In this document: positions 1 to 11,301 of the stretch, piece by piece
Layout of the letters: each line of letters starts with the position of its first letter
How positions within the stretch are numbered: position 1 is the stretch's first letter
Origin: Mobula birostris
Taxonomy: Eukaryota
Length of the DNA stretch: 64,000 nt
Assembly: GCF_030028105.1 (NCBI RefSeq)
Contig: NC_092382.1
Span: forward strand, 99,340,699 to 99,404,698
Direction of reading: 5' to 3'
Notes under the pieces: model-generated
Told to the model about the DNA's origin: nothing
Seen by the model: the letters and a program-made list of their open reading frames with translations, nothing else
The model's database searches: none
Translations under genes and position numbers: made by a program

Positions 1-469
1 AAACAGTGAGCAGAGAGTCGGGGTTTACGTGGAAACGCGAGATCCTCGCCTTCTGATGGGCAGTCATTCTCCGTCCTCTCATTGGCTGCTCTCTCACCAC
101 TGTTTGCCATTGGTAGTCGCGGAGGAAGGAGGTGTATAGGATTGCCGACATGCTAAAGTTAAAGTCAAGTGTGTCGTCATACGCAGACGTCAATGAGATA
201 TCTACTTGGAAAGATCCGCCAGAGGAGGTGGTCGGGGCCAGTACATTAACAACACACGAAAAGATAGAAGGATAGGAAAGGATTAGAGCAGCGGTTTTCT
301 TTTTTGCTGTTTTCTTTTTGACCATGGACCTTTAACATTAGCCGAGCGGCCCGGGGAACCCGGTGGGAAAATCGCTGATGTCGAGGGATATTTTTGGGCA
401 AAGGTGAGCAAGTGAGGCATAGAGAGAGAGAGCGGCGGAAAGCGAATGGGGGCGATAAAGATACGGAAA

Positions 470-473
<4 letters not shown>

Positions 474-525
<52 letters not shown>
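474..525. repeat. (GA)n microsatellite
   Basis: Perfect GA dinucleotide run; explains the SLSLSL and RERERE ORFs. Confidence 0.95.
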
Positions 526-531
<6 letters not shown>

Positions 532-594
532 GGGGGGTGGGCACAGAAGGTTGGTTGGTGGGGGGGGACTCCAGAATAAATGTGTGTGAAGGTG

Positions 595-935
595 GAAAGG
601 AGGCTACCTGGGAGGTGATAGGTGAAGCCAGGTGACTGGGAAAGGTGAAGGGCTGGAGAAGAAGAAAGCTGGAGGCATCTGAAACTGGACAAATACATCT
701 GAAAACAAATCCCTCTTTGAACTTTTTCTAATCCCGAGCCCAACCACAACCACCACGCTTTCTTTATTCCCCACTGACCCTTTACCTCTTCTCACCTGCC
801 GATTACTTCCCCCGGGTTACCTCCTCCCTCCCTTTCTCCTATAGTCGGCTCTCCTTTCCTATCAGATTCTTTCTTCTCCAGCCCTTGACCGTTCCGACCC
901 TCCTGACTTCATTTATCACGTTCCAGCTCGCCTTT
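595..935. mobile_element. Two inverted fragments of a Penelope-like element 3' region
   Basis: gtgataggtgaagccagg...aagggctggagaagaag (about 600-665) is the reverse complement of cttctccagcccttgacc...cttcatttatcac (about 870-920). Family assigned from recall of elasmobranch repeats. Confidence 0.4.
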
Positions 936-1458
936 TCCTTCTCTCCCTACCTTTCTAACTCTCTTGCCTTTGAACCATTCCTTTCTCGTATTGGCTTTAT
1001 GCTTGTGGCAATTGTCTTGCTGGAAAACAGATCTTCTCCAAAGTCGTATTTCTCTTGCAAACTGCTTCTTGCTTTCCCCCAGAATTCCCCTGTGTTTTGC
1101 TGCTTTCATTTTGTCCTCTACCTTCACAAGCCTCACAGCAAAATGCAGCCTTCACCATGCTTCACGGTAGGGATGGGGTGTCTTTGATGCTCGGCGGTGT
1201 TTGGCTTCCGTGAAATCATGCCGGAATCGCTGAAGCCAACATTTATTTCTTCTCAACCACCCCCATTCCCCAACTCCCCAGCCAACACCTGTTTGCCGCA
1301 ATCTTTAGCACCTCTGTTGTGACAGTTCCAACTCACTCAGTCGCCCTGAAGACGCCAGCTGCAGAGGCACATTGCAGAATGATTCTTTAAGGGCTGGATC
1401 AGCTCTTAAAAACAAGACTTTTTGCAAGTCATTTGTTTGCTTCACTTATTACGCTAGA

Positions 1459-1472
1459 GCGCCATCTACTGC
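1459..1472 (-). promoter_or_regulatory. CTCF-type motif
   Basis: Reverse complement GCAGTAGATGGCGC; one mismatch to the core consensus CCASYAGRKGGCRS. Confidence 0.55.
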
Positions 1473-1699
1473 CGACTAGCAAGATTCTACATCAGGACGT
1501 TTTCAAAGTTCAAAGTAAAATTATTGTGGGAGTGAGATTCATTTTCTTGTGGGCATGCTTATTTAATCGAAGGAACGCTGTGGATTGAATAAAGGACCGC
1601 AGCAAATAAGACGGACAACAAAAAACAATACGCAATAGATAAACTCTGCAAATCAATAATAATAGTAATAACAAGTCAATAAGCATTAAATATCGAGAA

Positions 1700-2200
1700 A
1701 GAGAGGTAAAGTCTTTTAATATGTATCCATAGGTTGTGGGAACAGATTAGTGATGCACCGAGTGAAATTGAGTGATGTTCCCACCTCGTGTTCAAGAGCC
1801 TGATGATCGCGGGAGTAACAACTGGTCTCAAAACTGGTAGTTCGGGACCTGAAGGCCCCCTGGACCCTCTACATAGTGGCAATAGCGAAAAGAGATCGTG
1901 TCCTGGGATCTGGGGCTCCTCGATGCTGGATGCTGTTTTCGAGCGACAGCGCTCTGTGTCAATGTGCTGAATGGTGATGAGGGCTAAACCCGGAATGCAC
2001 TGGGTCATATCCAGTACTTTTGCTGGAGTTACCGTTGTAATTTGTATCTTCCATGAATATTTCAGATTTCCTTCAGTTTCGGTAGAACATAAGAGCTGGA
2101 TATTGACTTCAGGAATGTAGGACCGCGTCAACAGGCTCCTGTCCAAATCAATATTATCGAAATGAAATATGTTGGCCGGAATATCCCGAAATGATCGGGG
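1700..2200 (-). mobile_element. Rex1/Babar-type LINE remnant (RT C-terminal region)
   Basis: ORF 1676-2212 contains KTASSIEEPQIPGHDLFSLLP, similar to the Rex1 C-terminal motif HPGHxLFxLLPSGRRYRS. Confidence 0.6.
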
Positions 2201-2329
2201 TTGGTCCGGCACAGAGACGTCAGAGTAAGATAGCTGACCAAAACTGCTAATTCCTCAGGAATGAGTGCTACATGTCTATTCAGATCCTGGGCAACTATTT
2301 ACTGATGCATCACAAAAAGCACCTTACCC

Positions 2330-3180
2330 AGATATATTGAATCCTGGATAATGGACTCCCTGACTGGCAGACCACAGTTTGTACAGCTTCAGAGCTGTGT
2401 GTCAGATATGACTATAAGCAGCACTTTGTCCAGGGGACTATATTGGCTCCCTTCCTGTTTACCCTGTATACCTCCGACTTCTGATAAAACACTGCGTCAT
2501 GTCATCTGCTGAAATGATCTAATGACTCAGCAATAGTTGGATATATAAATGGATGACGGGAGGTTGACTTCCCGCCTCTGCTGGAGGACTTTGCCAACTG
2601 ATGCAAGCTGAATCATTTGCAGCTAAAGATCAGAAAGCCAAAGGAAATAGTGATGGACTTTAGGAAGACTTAGCCTGCACTGCTCCCTTTTACTATTGAT
2701 GGCGAGGACGTGGATGTGATGAGGACCTACAAGTACCTGGGGGTGCACCCGGATGACAGACTTGAGTGGAGCACCAACACAGAGGCTGTGTACATGAAGG
2801 ACCAGACTCACGTCTAATTCATGAAGAGATTCAGGTCCTTTGGAGTGTCCAGTCATCACTTTCACGTGTTCAACCAGTCTGTTGTCGCCAGTACAATCTC
2901 CTATGCGGTGGCGGGCTGGGGTAATGTCATCTACATCGGCAATGCTAACAGGCTCAGTAAACTGGTCAGAAAGACTGGCTCTGATTTCGGAGTCAAACTG
3001 GACACACTGGAGACTGTGTTAGTACAAAGGACCCCAAAGAAAATTCTGGCAATTCTGGACGATGCTTTTCACCCTCTGTATGCCACTTTGGCCGAACTGA
3101 GAAGCAGGTTCAGTAATAGACTCAGACAACTGCGCTGCTCGAAAGACCACGTGACATCATTCTGACGCTCGGCCATTAGC
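2330..3180 (+). mobile_element. Rex1/Babar-type LINE RT remnant
   Basis: Frameshifted RT: LTGRPQFV, FLFTLYTSDF, YKYLGVH, and ORF 2821-3165 (RFRSFGV...HPLY...SNRLRQ). Confidence 0.8.
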
Positions 3181-4689
3181 TCTATAATGTGTCAACCTGT
3201 ATCCGGGGAAGGGATGCTCTCCCCTGCACGAACTCGGTCCACACTTCACACTACGAAGGTTCCTCTTTGTTCACGTGTCACCAGGCTCAAAGACAGATTC
3301 CAGCCCGCTGTGGTAAAATGATTGAAGAGCCCACTTGACTTCAAAATCTCCCCTGATATGTTTTTGAACCTTCCCGCCGGCCTGGAATGCAGCTGGCTGA
3401 AGTGAGGCGTTTGTCTCACTTTAATTTTCTCTGCACGACCACATCAACGCACTGCGGTGATGATTTCACCGGCATGTATAGGATGCATAACAGGATTTAC
3501 ACTGCATTCCTAACTGCTCCTAGTCCATAACGCAGGGGGACAGAATAGGCCCATTGGCCCCACCGAGACTGCTCCGTCTCAACGCTTTTCTGCCTTCTCC
3601 CCGTTGTCTTTGATAGCCTGACTGGGGAAGAACATCGGAACATATACCAGTGCCACCTGGCTCGAGGGCAGATTCTATCCCGCTCTGAGAAGGGTATCGC
3701 TATTGAGCGGTCCCCTAGTCCGATGAGATGAACTCCAGACCTCGCAATCGACAGCGTCGTGGCACTTGCACCTTATGTCTGCCTACACTTCTCGGAAACT
3801 GTAGCAATTTATTATGCGCCCTGTTTCCCGTTTATAGTGTACCTACACTCAGTGCGCGCTTTCTCTGCAACTTTAACACTTCGATCTCCATCCTGTTATT
3901 GGTTTCCAAGACACCGTCCTGCAGAATCTCCGTCTCTCCTCCCAGGGTTGCCGCATCTTCCCCAGGCTGTCTTTTGTTAGTACCTCTCAGTCATGGATTC
4001 ACACAGAGCGGGAGCGGAATCACCGGCTCAACTGGCCAAGATGTCCAGATCAACCTCCTCCGTTTGCCCGAGTTTGGCCGGTAACCCTGTAAACCTTTGC
4101 TTTCCACGTTTCCGTCCAAAAGTCTTTCGAGACGCTGCTGTTGTAAATTGGGCCTCTTTTAGTTACTTTGGCCTTCCTGTCGGCCGGGACCGGACTGGCA
4201 TTCTCCTCTACACTCTCTTTAACAGGGCGTTTACGCCCACAAAAGTACAGCTCACTGGACATTATTATCTTTTTTGTTGTTGTTCTTTTTCGCACCATTT
4301 TCAGTACACTCCGGCAATTGTTGTGCGTGAAGATCCCAGGAGCTTAACAGTTTCGGAGGTTCACAGACCACTTGGCCTGGCACCAGCAATCATTCCACAG
4401 TCAAAGTGATTGATGACCTTGCTTTCCCAATCCGACGTTTCGTCTGAAGAACCAACTGAACGTCTTGACAATGTCTGAATGTTTCCACGGCATTGAGTTG
4501 CTGCCACATGATTTGTTAATTAGATATTTATCTAAACGAGCGCATGAAAAAGGTGCACCTAATACTGTGGCCATTGAGTCTAAGTACTGCTGGATTTGAC
4601 AATAAACTCCACTTTGACTACGTCTTTTGTCGGTTAACCGAGCTGCAATTCCAGCTTCCACCGCCAGACGCTCCCCTGCGTACTCAGCG

Positions 4690-4728
4690 GGTTTTTGTCA
4701 GACGTCCCCCTCTCTCTGAGTCACTGTG
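4690..4728 (-). other. 23-RSS of V at 4729-5514
   Basis: CACAGTG (4728-4722), 23-bp spacer, ACAAAAACC (4698-4690); perfect consensus. Confidence 0.97.
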
Positions 4729-5514
4729 TAGACTCCACGCGCAGAAATATACGGCCGAGTTCTTCGGTTCCAGGTGGGAGCTGCTCAGAGTGAAGGTCTT
4801 TCCGTCCGGTCTCTGGGCGGTAAAACCGTCCACGGGCTCGTCGGAATTGACGGATTTGGTAGCAGCGGAGTAAAACAGGTTCTCCAGCTCCTTCCCCGGG
4901 AGCTGTCTGTACCAGAACATCTGAGGGTCAACGCTAGTGCCCTTCACCGTGCACGTCATCGTCACATTCTCTCCGGGGGATCGCGAGAGCACGGCCGGGG
5001 TCTGAGCGATAGTCTGCGAGCTGACCTCTGGGAAAGAGACGGGAAAAGGAGGACGGTTAATGATGATACTGGAGATCCGGGAGTGGGCGTGGAGGGGAAT
5101 CAGTGTAGATATGGAAACGTAAGTGGAAGGGAAAAATTCACAAATGATAAAAACAGTGGAATTATCAAAGAAATGGAGCAGCATGGGAAATAAAAAAAGG
5201 GGGGAATTAAACGAAATGTTGATAAAAAAAGAGAAAATCGTCTGTGAACAGAAATATAGGTGCAAAGACTGCAAGGAGGAAGTGAGGAAGAGAACGAGAA
5301 GTGGCTAGTAAGAGGTAACCACTGGCACGCAGTCTAGAGAAGGAGAAAGATGGACGGATGATAAAAGGAGAAACTAGAGGATGAGAACAGAGGGGAGAGA
5401 AAAGGATCAAAATATAAATAGTGGGAAAAGGAGAACAAAAGAGCTTATCGAGTTTGTAGTGGGAGGAAATTGCTTACGGTGGGCCCAGATCATAACTCCG
5501 AGTAACAGAAACAT
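4729..5514 (-). CDS. TRBV: TCR beta V segment (CAWS family), intact
   Basis: Leader 5514-5478 (MFLLLGVMIWAH, phase-1 GTAAG donor). V exon 5027-4729: QVSSQTIAQTPAVLSRSPGENVTMTCTVKG...MFWYRQLPGKELENLFYS...FTAQRPDGKTFTLSSSHLEPKNSAVYFCAWSL. Both Cys and Trp present; perfect RSS. Confidence 0.92.
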
Positions 5515-5600
5515 CTCTGTTTGGAAGCGTTCTTTCAGACAGTGAGCAAGTTTTGTGCTCAGCTGCGGTTTGTAACCTTTTGAAAAGGCAGTGAGTGACA

Positions 5601-5613
5601 GGAAGTGACGTCA
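5601..5613. promoter_or_regulatory. ETS/CRE composite with Vbeta-type decamer AGTGACGTCA
   Basis: GGAAGTGACGTCA about 90 bp upstream of the leader ATG at 5514. Confidence 0.75.
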
Positions 5614-6437
5614 AGCCCATTTCTGCCGAAAGACCCGCCTTCCACTTGCAATTCGACTCTTTATTGGTGGAAGAACACAGTATAAATGTCATGTCAACCG
5701 CTTTATTTTTGTTTAGCGGTAGACAGTACATTGAAAGCTTGACCAGCGTTAGTTAATAGAAATATAAATGGAAATATTTCTGGAGTTCAGCGCCAATAAC
5801 ACGGGTTGAAATCCCGCCGCTGGTTGTCAAGGCGTCGACCTGTTCTCCGGTTTCCTCCCATGATTGTTACTGGCCACTGACGGGTCGTTAGGCCGGATGG
5901 GTCTGATATCGCGCTGTATTTCTAAACACTGAAATAAAATTAACTTTTAAACGGTACAAAAACTGGCTGCCGGCCATGCGCACCCATGGAAAACGCTTCG
6001 GAAAGGAGCCCCGAGGATGAGGAATCTCCGAGGCCGGGTTGCCTGAAAGTTTGATGTTGTTTGCAACTTCACTCCTGCAGCCTCTACGACGACACTGCTG
6101 TCAAGCTGCAGCGGTGCTTGCCCTTGGCTGGTGCTACTTCAGTGACGTGAAGAAGCCGGTGCCTGGACAACAGCCGGCTCTTCAAATGTTCCCGCCCAGG
6201 ATTGCGCTCTGGATTGGATGCGGTTCACCACAGACGCAAGCCAATGATCCCCTAGCATCTCCGGCTACGACTACCATTACTACTTAGCCTTATCATCATA
6301 ATTTGGTCTACCTCTATCTAATCTCCAAAATCTTCTGCAGTGCAAGCAATAAAGTCCTAACCTATTGAATATTTCCTTATAATTAGGGTCCTCGAGTCCC
6401 GGGGACATTCTTGTAAATTTTACTATCGATCGTACTT

Positions 6438-8078
6438 GGTCATAGTCATAGTCATAATTCATTGATCCCGAGGGAAATTGGTTTTCGTTACAGTTGCTCC
6501 ATAAATAATAAATAGTACTAGAACCATAAATGGTTAAATAGTAATATGTAAATTATGCCAGTAAATTATGAAATAAGTCCAGGACCAGCCTATTGGCTCA
6601 GGGTGTCTGACCCTCCAAGGGAGGAGTTGTAAAGTTTGATGGCCACAGGCAGGAATGACTTCCTATGACGCTCTGTGTTGCATTTCGGTGGAATGAGTCT
6701 CTGGTTGAATGTAATCCTGTGCCCAAACAGTACATTATGTAGTGGATGGGAGACATTGACCCAGAAAGCATGCAACTTAGATAGCATCCTCTTTTCAGAC
6801 ACCGCCGTGATAGAGTTCAGTTCCATCCCCATAACAGCACTGGCCTTACCAATGAGTTTGTTGAGTCTCTTGGTGTCTACTACCCTCAGCCTGCTGCCCC
6901 AGCAAACATGATCGCACTGGCCACCACAGACTCGTAGAACATCCTCAGCATCGTCCGGCAGATGTTAAAGGACCTCAGTGTCCTCAGGAAATAGAGACGG
7001 CTCTGACCTTTCTTGTAGACAGCCTCAGTGTTCTTTGACTAGTCCAGTTTATTGTCAATTCGTATCCCCAGGTATTTGTAATCCTCCACCATTTCCACAC
7101 TGACCCCCTGGATGGAAACAGGGCTCACCGGTACCTTAGCTCTCCTCAGGTCTACCACCAGCTTCTTAGTCTTTGTCACATTAAGCTGCAGATAATTCTG
7201 CTCACACCATGTGAAAAAGTTTCCTACCGTAGCCCTGTAGTCAGCCTCATCTCCCTTGCTGATGCATCCAACTACGGCAGAGTCATTCGAAAACTTCTGA
7301 AGATGACAAGACTCTGTGCAGTAGTTGAAGTCCGAGGTGTAAATGGTGAATAGAAAGGGAGACAAGACAGTCCTCTGTGGAGCCCCAGTGCTGCTGATCA
7401 CTCTGTTCGGGCGCACAGTGTTGCAAGCACACGTACTGTGATCTGCCAGTCAGGTAATCAAGAATCCACGACACCAGGAAAGCATCCACCTGCCTCGCTG
7501 TCAGCTTCTCCCCCAGCAGAACAGGGCGGATGGTGTTGAACGCACTGGAGAAGTCAAAAAACATGACCGTCACAGTGTTCGCTGGCTTGTCCAGGTGGGC
7601 GTAGACACGGTTCAGCAGGCAGACGATGGCATCCTCAGCTCCTAGACGGGGCTGGTAGGCGAACTGGAGGGGATCTAAGTGTGGCCCGATCATAGGCCGG
7701 AGCAGCTCCAGATCAAGGCTCTCCAGGGTCTTCATGATGTGGGAGGTCAATGCCACCGGTCTGTAGTCATGGAGACCGCTGGGGCGCGGCGTCGTCGGCA
7801 CAGGGACGAGGCAGTACGTCTTCCACAGTACAGGAACCTTCTGGAGCCTCAGGCCCAGGTTAAATACATGGTGAAGTACTCCACATAGCTGAGGGGCATA
7901 GGCTTTGAGCACCCTGGTACTGACACTATCCGTTCCTGCAGCCTTGCTTGGGTTGAGACGCTTCAGCTGTCTTCTCACCTGTTTAGCTGTGAAGCCCACC
8001 GTGGTGCTTTCGTGTGGTGAATGACTGAGAGGAGGTGTAGGAGGGGGGAATGGAATATGTGTTGGTTGGGGGCCGATT
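6438..8078 (-). mobile_element. 5'-truncated Rex1/Babar LINE
   Basis: RT ORFs 7283-8164, 7039-7416 and 6590-6832 (PLQFAYQP, FFDFSSAFNTI, YKYLG). (ATGACT)n tail at about 6439-6456. Empty site seen in the paralogous copy near 10045-10060. Confidence 0.92.
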
Positions 8079-8427
8079 AGATGCTTCCTGTAGGTAGATG
8101 AAGAAAAAAAAAACTGCAGCCAATACTTTAAATTAGGTCTCCCAAACGTCTTCTTCAACTTCATTATCGCCTAACCTCCAGTCTCGCATTGTGATCTTGC
8201 CTTGGATCCTCCAGCACTTGGGTCCAAGCATCCTCTGGCCAGACAGGCAATGGCCACGAAGCCGCGTCAACCATTTCACTTTCTCAGAATGCTAATGCGC
8301 ATTCTGGCAAACTTGTTGCTCAGAAGCGCAAGAAACCACAAGGAGTAATTATCCCTGCCCGATTCACCCCGAGCACATCCCTCCACACCATCGGGCGTAC
8401 GTACAGCAGTCGCAGTCTCCAGAAGGC

Positions 8428-9790
8428 CTCACCTCTGTGGTGGGAAAGCTGTTGGAAAAGATTCTTAGAGATAGGATCTCTGGGCATTTAGAGAATTATA
8501 TTCTGATCAGGGACAGTCATCATGGCTTTGTGAAGGGCAGGTTGTGTCTAACAAGCCTGAAAGAGTTCTGACAGGAGGTCACCAGGCATATAGATGAGGG
8601 TAGTGCAGTGGATATGATCTATATGGATTTTAGTAAGGCATTTGACAAGCTTCCACACGGCAGGCTTATTCAGAAAGTCAGAAGGCATGGGATCCAGGGA
8701 GGTTTGGCCAGGTGGATTCAGGATTGGCTTGCCTGCAGAAGGCAAAGGGTCGTGGTGGAGGGAGTACATTCGGATTGGAGGATTGTGACTAGTGGTACCC
8801 CACAAGAATCGGTTCTAGGACCTGTACTTTTCGTGACTTTTATTAAAAACCTGGATGTGGGGGTAGAAGGGTGGGTTGGCAAGTTTGCAGACGACACAAA
8901 GGTCGGTGGTGTTGTAGATAGTCTAGAAGATTGTCAAAGATTGCAGCGAGACATTGATAGGATGCAGAAGTGGGTTGAGAAGTGGCAGATGGAGTTCAGC
9001 CCGGAGAAGAGTGAGGTGGTACACTTTGGAAGGACAAACTCCAAGGCAGAGTACAGAGTAAATGGCAGGATACTTGGTAAGGTGGTGGAGCAGAGGAATC
9101 TGGGGGTACATGTCCGCAGATCCCTGAAAGTTGCCTCACAGGTGGATAGGATAGTTAAGGAAACTTATGGGGTTTTAGCTTTAATAAGTCGAGGGATAGA
9201 GTTTAAGAGTCGCGATGTAAAGATGCAGCTCTGTAAAACTCTGGTTAGGCCACACTTGGAGTACTGTGTCCATTTCTGGTCGCCTCACTATAGGGAGAAT
9301 GTGGAAGCATTGGAAAAGGTACAGAAGAGATTTAACAAGATGCTGGCTGGTTTAGAGTCTATGCATTATGATCAGAGTTTATGGGAGCTAGGGCTCCACT
9401 CTTTAGAGAGAAGGAGGATGAAAGGAGACATGATAGAGGTGTACAAGATTATAAGAGGAATAGACAGAGTGGATAGCCAGCGCCTCTTCCCCAGGGGACC
9501 ACTGCTCAATACAAGAGGACATGGCTTTAAGGTAATGGGTGGGAAGTTCAAGGGTGATATTAGAGGAAGGTTTTTTACTCAGAGAGTGGTCGGTGCGTGG
9601 AATGCACTGCCTGAGTTACTGGTGGAAGCAGATACACTCGTAAAATTTAGGAGACTGCTAGACAAGTATATGGAGGGATTTAAGTTGGGGGCTTGTATGG
9701 GAGGCAGGGTTCGAGGGTCGGCACAACATTGTGGGCCGAAGGGCCTTACTATGCTGGACTATTCTATGTTATATGCTCTATGTTCTATCT
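8428..9790 (+). mobile_element. 5'-truncated CR1 LINE
   Basis: ORF 8608-9858 is CR1 RT (YMDFSKAFDK, KFADDTK, RPHLEYC, LERRR), followed by a 3' UTR and TATGTTC-like tail. Confidence 0.95.
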
Positions 9791-10464
9791 CCTCTAATTC
9801 TTCTGAACAGGCTTGCTCCCTGGAGTGGATGCAGTACACCAGAGACGCTAACCAATGATCCCCCGGGATCTACGGCTACTACTACCATTACTACTTCTAC
9901 TTATCCTTGTAATTTGGTCTACCTCTATCTAATCTCCCCTCAATCTCCTGAATTCCAAGCGATAAAGTCCGAACCTATTCAATCTTTCGTTTTAACTTGG
10001 ATCCTCCAGTCCCAGCGACGTTCTTTTAAATTTTACTTCCAATCGTACTTAGATCGTTCCTTTCGGTAAATGGAAAAAAAATACACCCAATACTGTAAAT
10101 TAGGGCTCTCCAACGTCCTATTCAACTTCAACATAAGACCCAATCTCCTGTCCCCAATCGTTAGCTCAACTTGGATCATCCTCTAGCTTCTAGTTTAGTA
10201 GTCTGTTCTCGCTTCAGTGTCGCATCGAGATTCCAAACTCGATTCGTCCAGCACTTCGGTCTAAGCATTCTCTCGCGAGAGAGGCAATAGCCACGAATCC
10301 GCGGCAGCCATTTTGCTTTCCCAGAATGCTAACGCGCACTCTGGCAAATTTGAAATTGCTTCTGATTTGCAGTTCGCAAGCACAGAGGAGCAACAAACCA
10401 CAAGGGGTAGTTGCCGCAGCCCTATACACCGCGAGAACATCCCTCCTCACCATCGGGCGTAAGT

Positions 10465-10625
10465 ACAGCAGTTGCAGCATTAAGAAGGCAACGTCTCCAT
10501 ACAGCACCCCCTCCCGCACCCCCCACCATATGCACCACGCCATCCTCCCGCGGTCCCCATCGGACAGGAGGTACAGAAGTCGTCAGTTCCCACACGGCCA
10601 GGTTCAGGAACAATGACTTCCCTTG
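10465..10625 (+). mobile_element. Rex1-type 3' remnant
   Basis: HHAILPRSPSDRRYRSRQFPHGQVQEQ, similar to the LPSGRRYRS motif. Confidence 0.6.
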
Positions 10626-10966
10626 AAACATTCAGGATAAACGGATTGGCACAAACCGAATCATTACATTTGACAGCAACATTTTGTGCTAGTATGGACA
10701 CTGTTCTTTTTTTTTTTAACGCTTTGTGTACTAGAAACAATGCGTATACCTAATGTTTCATTGATTTTTTTTTTCTGGTGAGCTTTCTGTCTCTGATGCT
10801 GCTGGAAGTTCGTTTTACACTGCACCTGTGCATACAGGAAGTTGTCCAGATGGCAGAAACTCAGTCTCGCGATTTTGCTTTTCGGAAATTAGTTTGATTT
10901 CGACTTCTCTATGCTGCGGATAATCTTGCAGTTTGCTTCTGCTCCCCTGACTCTCGCGCTTCTGGG

Positions 10967-11005
10967 GGTTTTTGTCGCGCTCCGGTAACTATCGGCGCCG
11001 CCGTG
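10967..11005 (-). other. 23-RSS (variant heptamer)
   Basis: CACGGCG, 23 bp, ACAAAAACC. Confidence 0.9.
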
Positions 11006-11301
11006 AGTACTCCAGGCGCAGAAAAGCAAGGCCGAATGATTGACTTGCAGCTCGGAGGACTTCAGGAGGAACAGCAGTTCCTCCAGTCGCTCGGCGACGA
11101 ATCCATGGACCGCCTCCTGTGCAGTTACCGCCCCCGGGCTCACGGAATAAAACAGGTTCCGAAGCTGCTCTCCCGCGCGCTGCCGACACCAGAACATATA
11201 AAAGGTGCCGCTGCCCGACAGAGTGCAGTTTAGTGTCACATTGTCTCCTAGAGAGCCGCTGTGAGCCACTGGAGTCTGCCGGATGGTCTGCGAGCTCGCG
11301 G
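11006..11301 (-). CDS. TRBV: TCR beta V exon (CAWS family), open; leader not identified
   Basis: Polypyrimidine tract and CAG acceptor at 11304-11302. ASSQTIRQTPVAHSGSLGDNVTLNCTLSG...MFWCRQ...SSELQVNHSALLFCAWST. Confidence 0.82.

Noticed and set aside
246-795. ORFs with SLSLSL or RERERE runs (also poly-L at 27536 and IYLS runs at 19582 and 24711)
   Set aside because: Translations of microsatellites.
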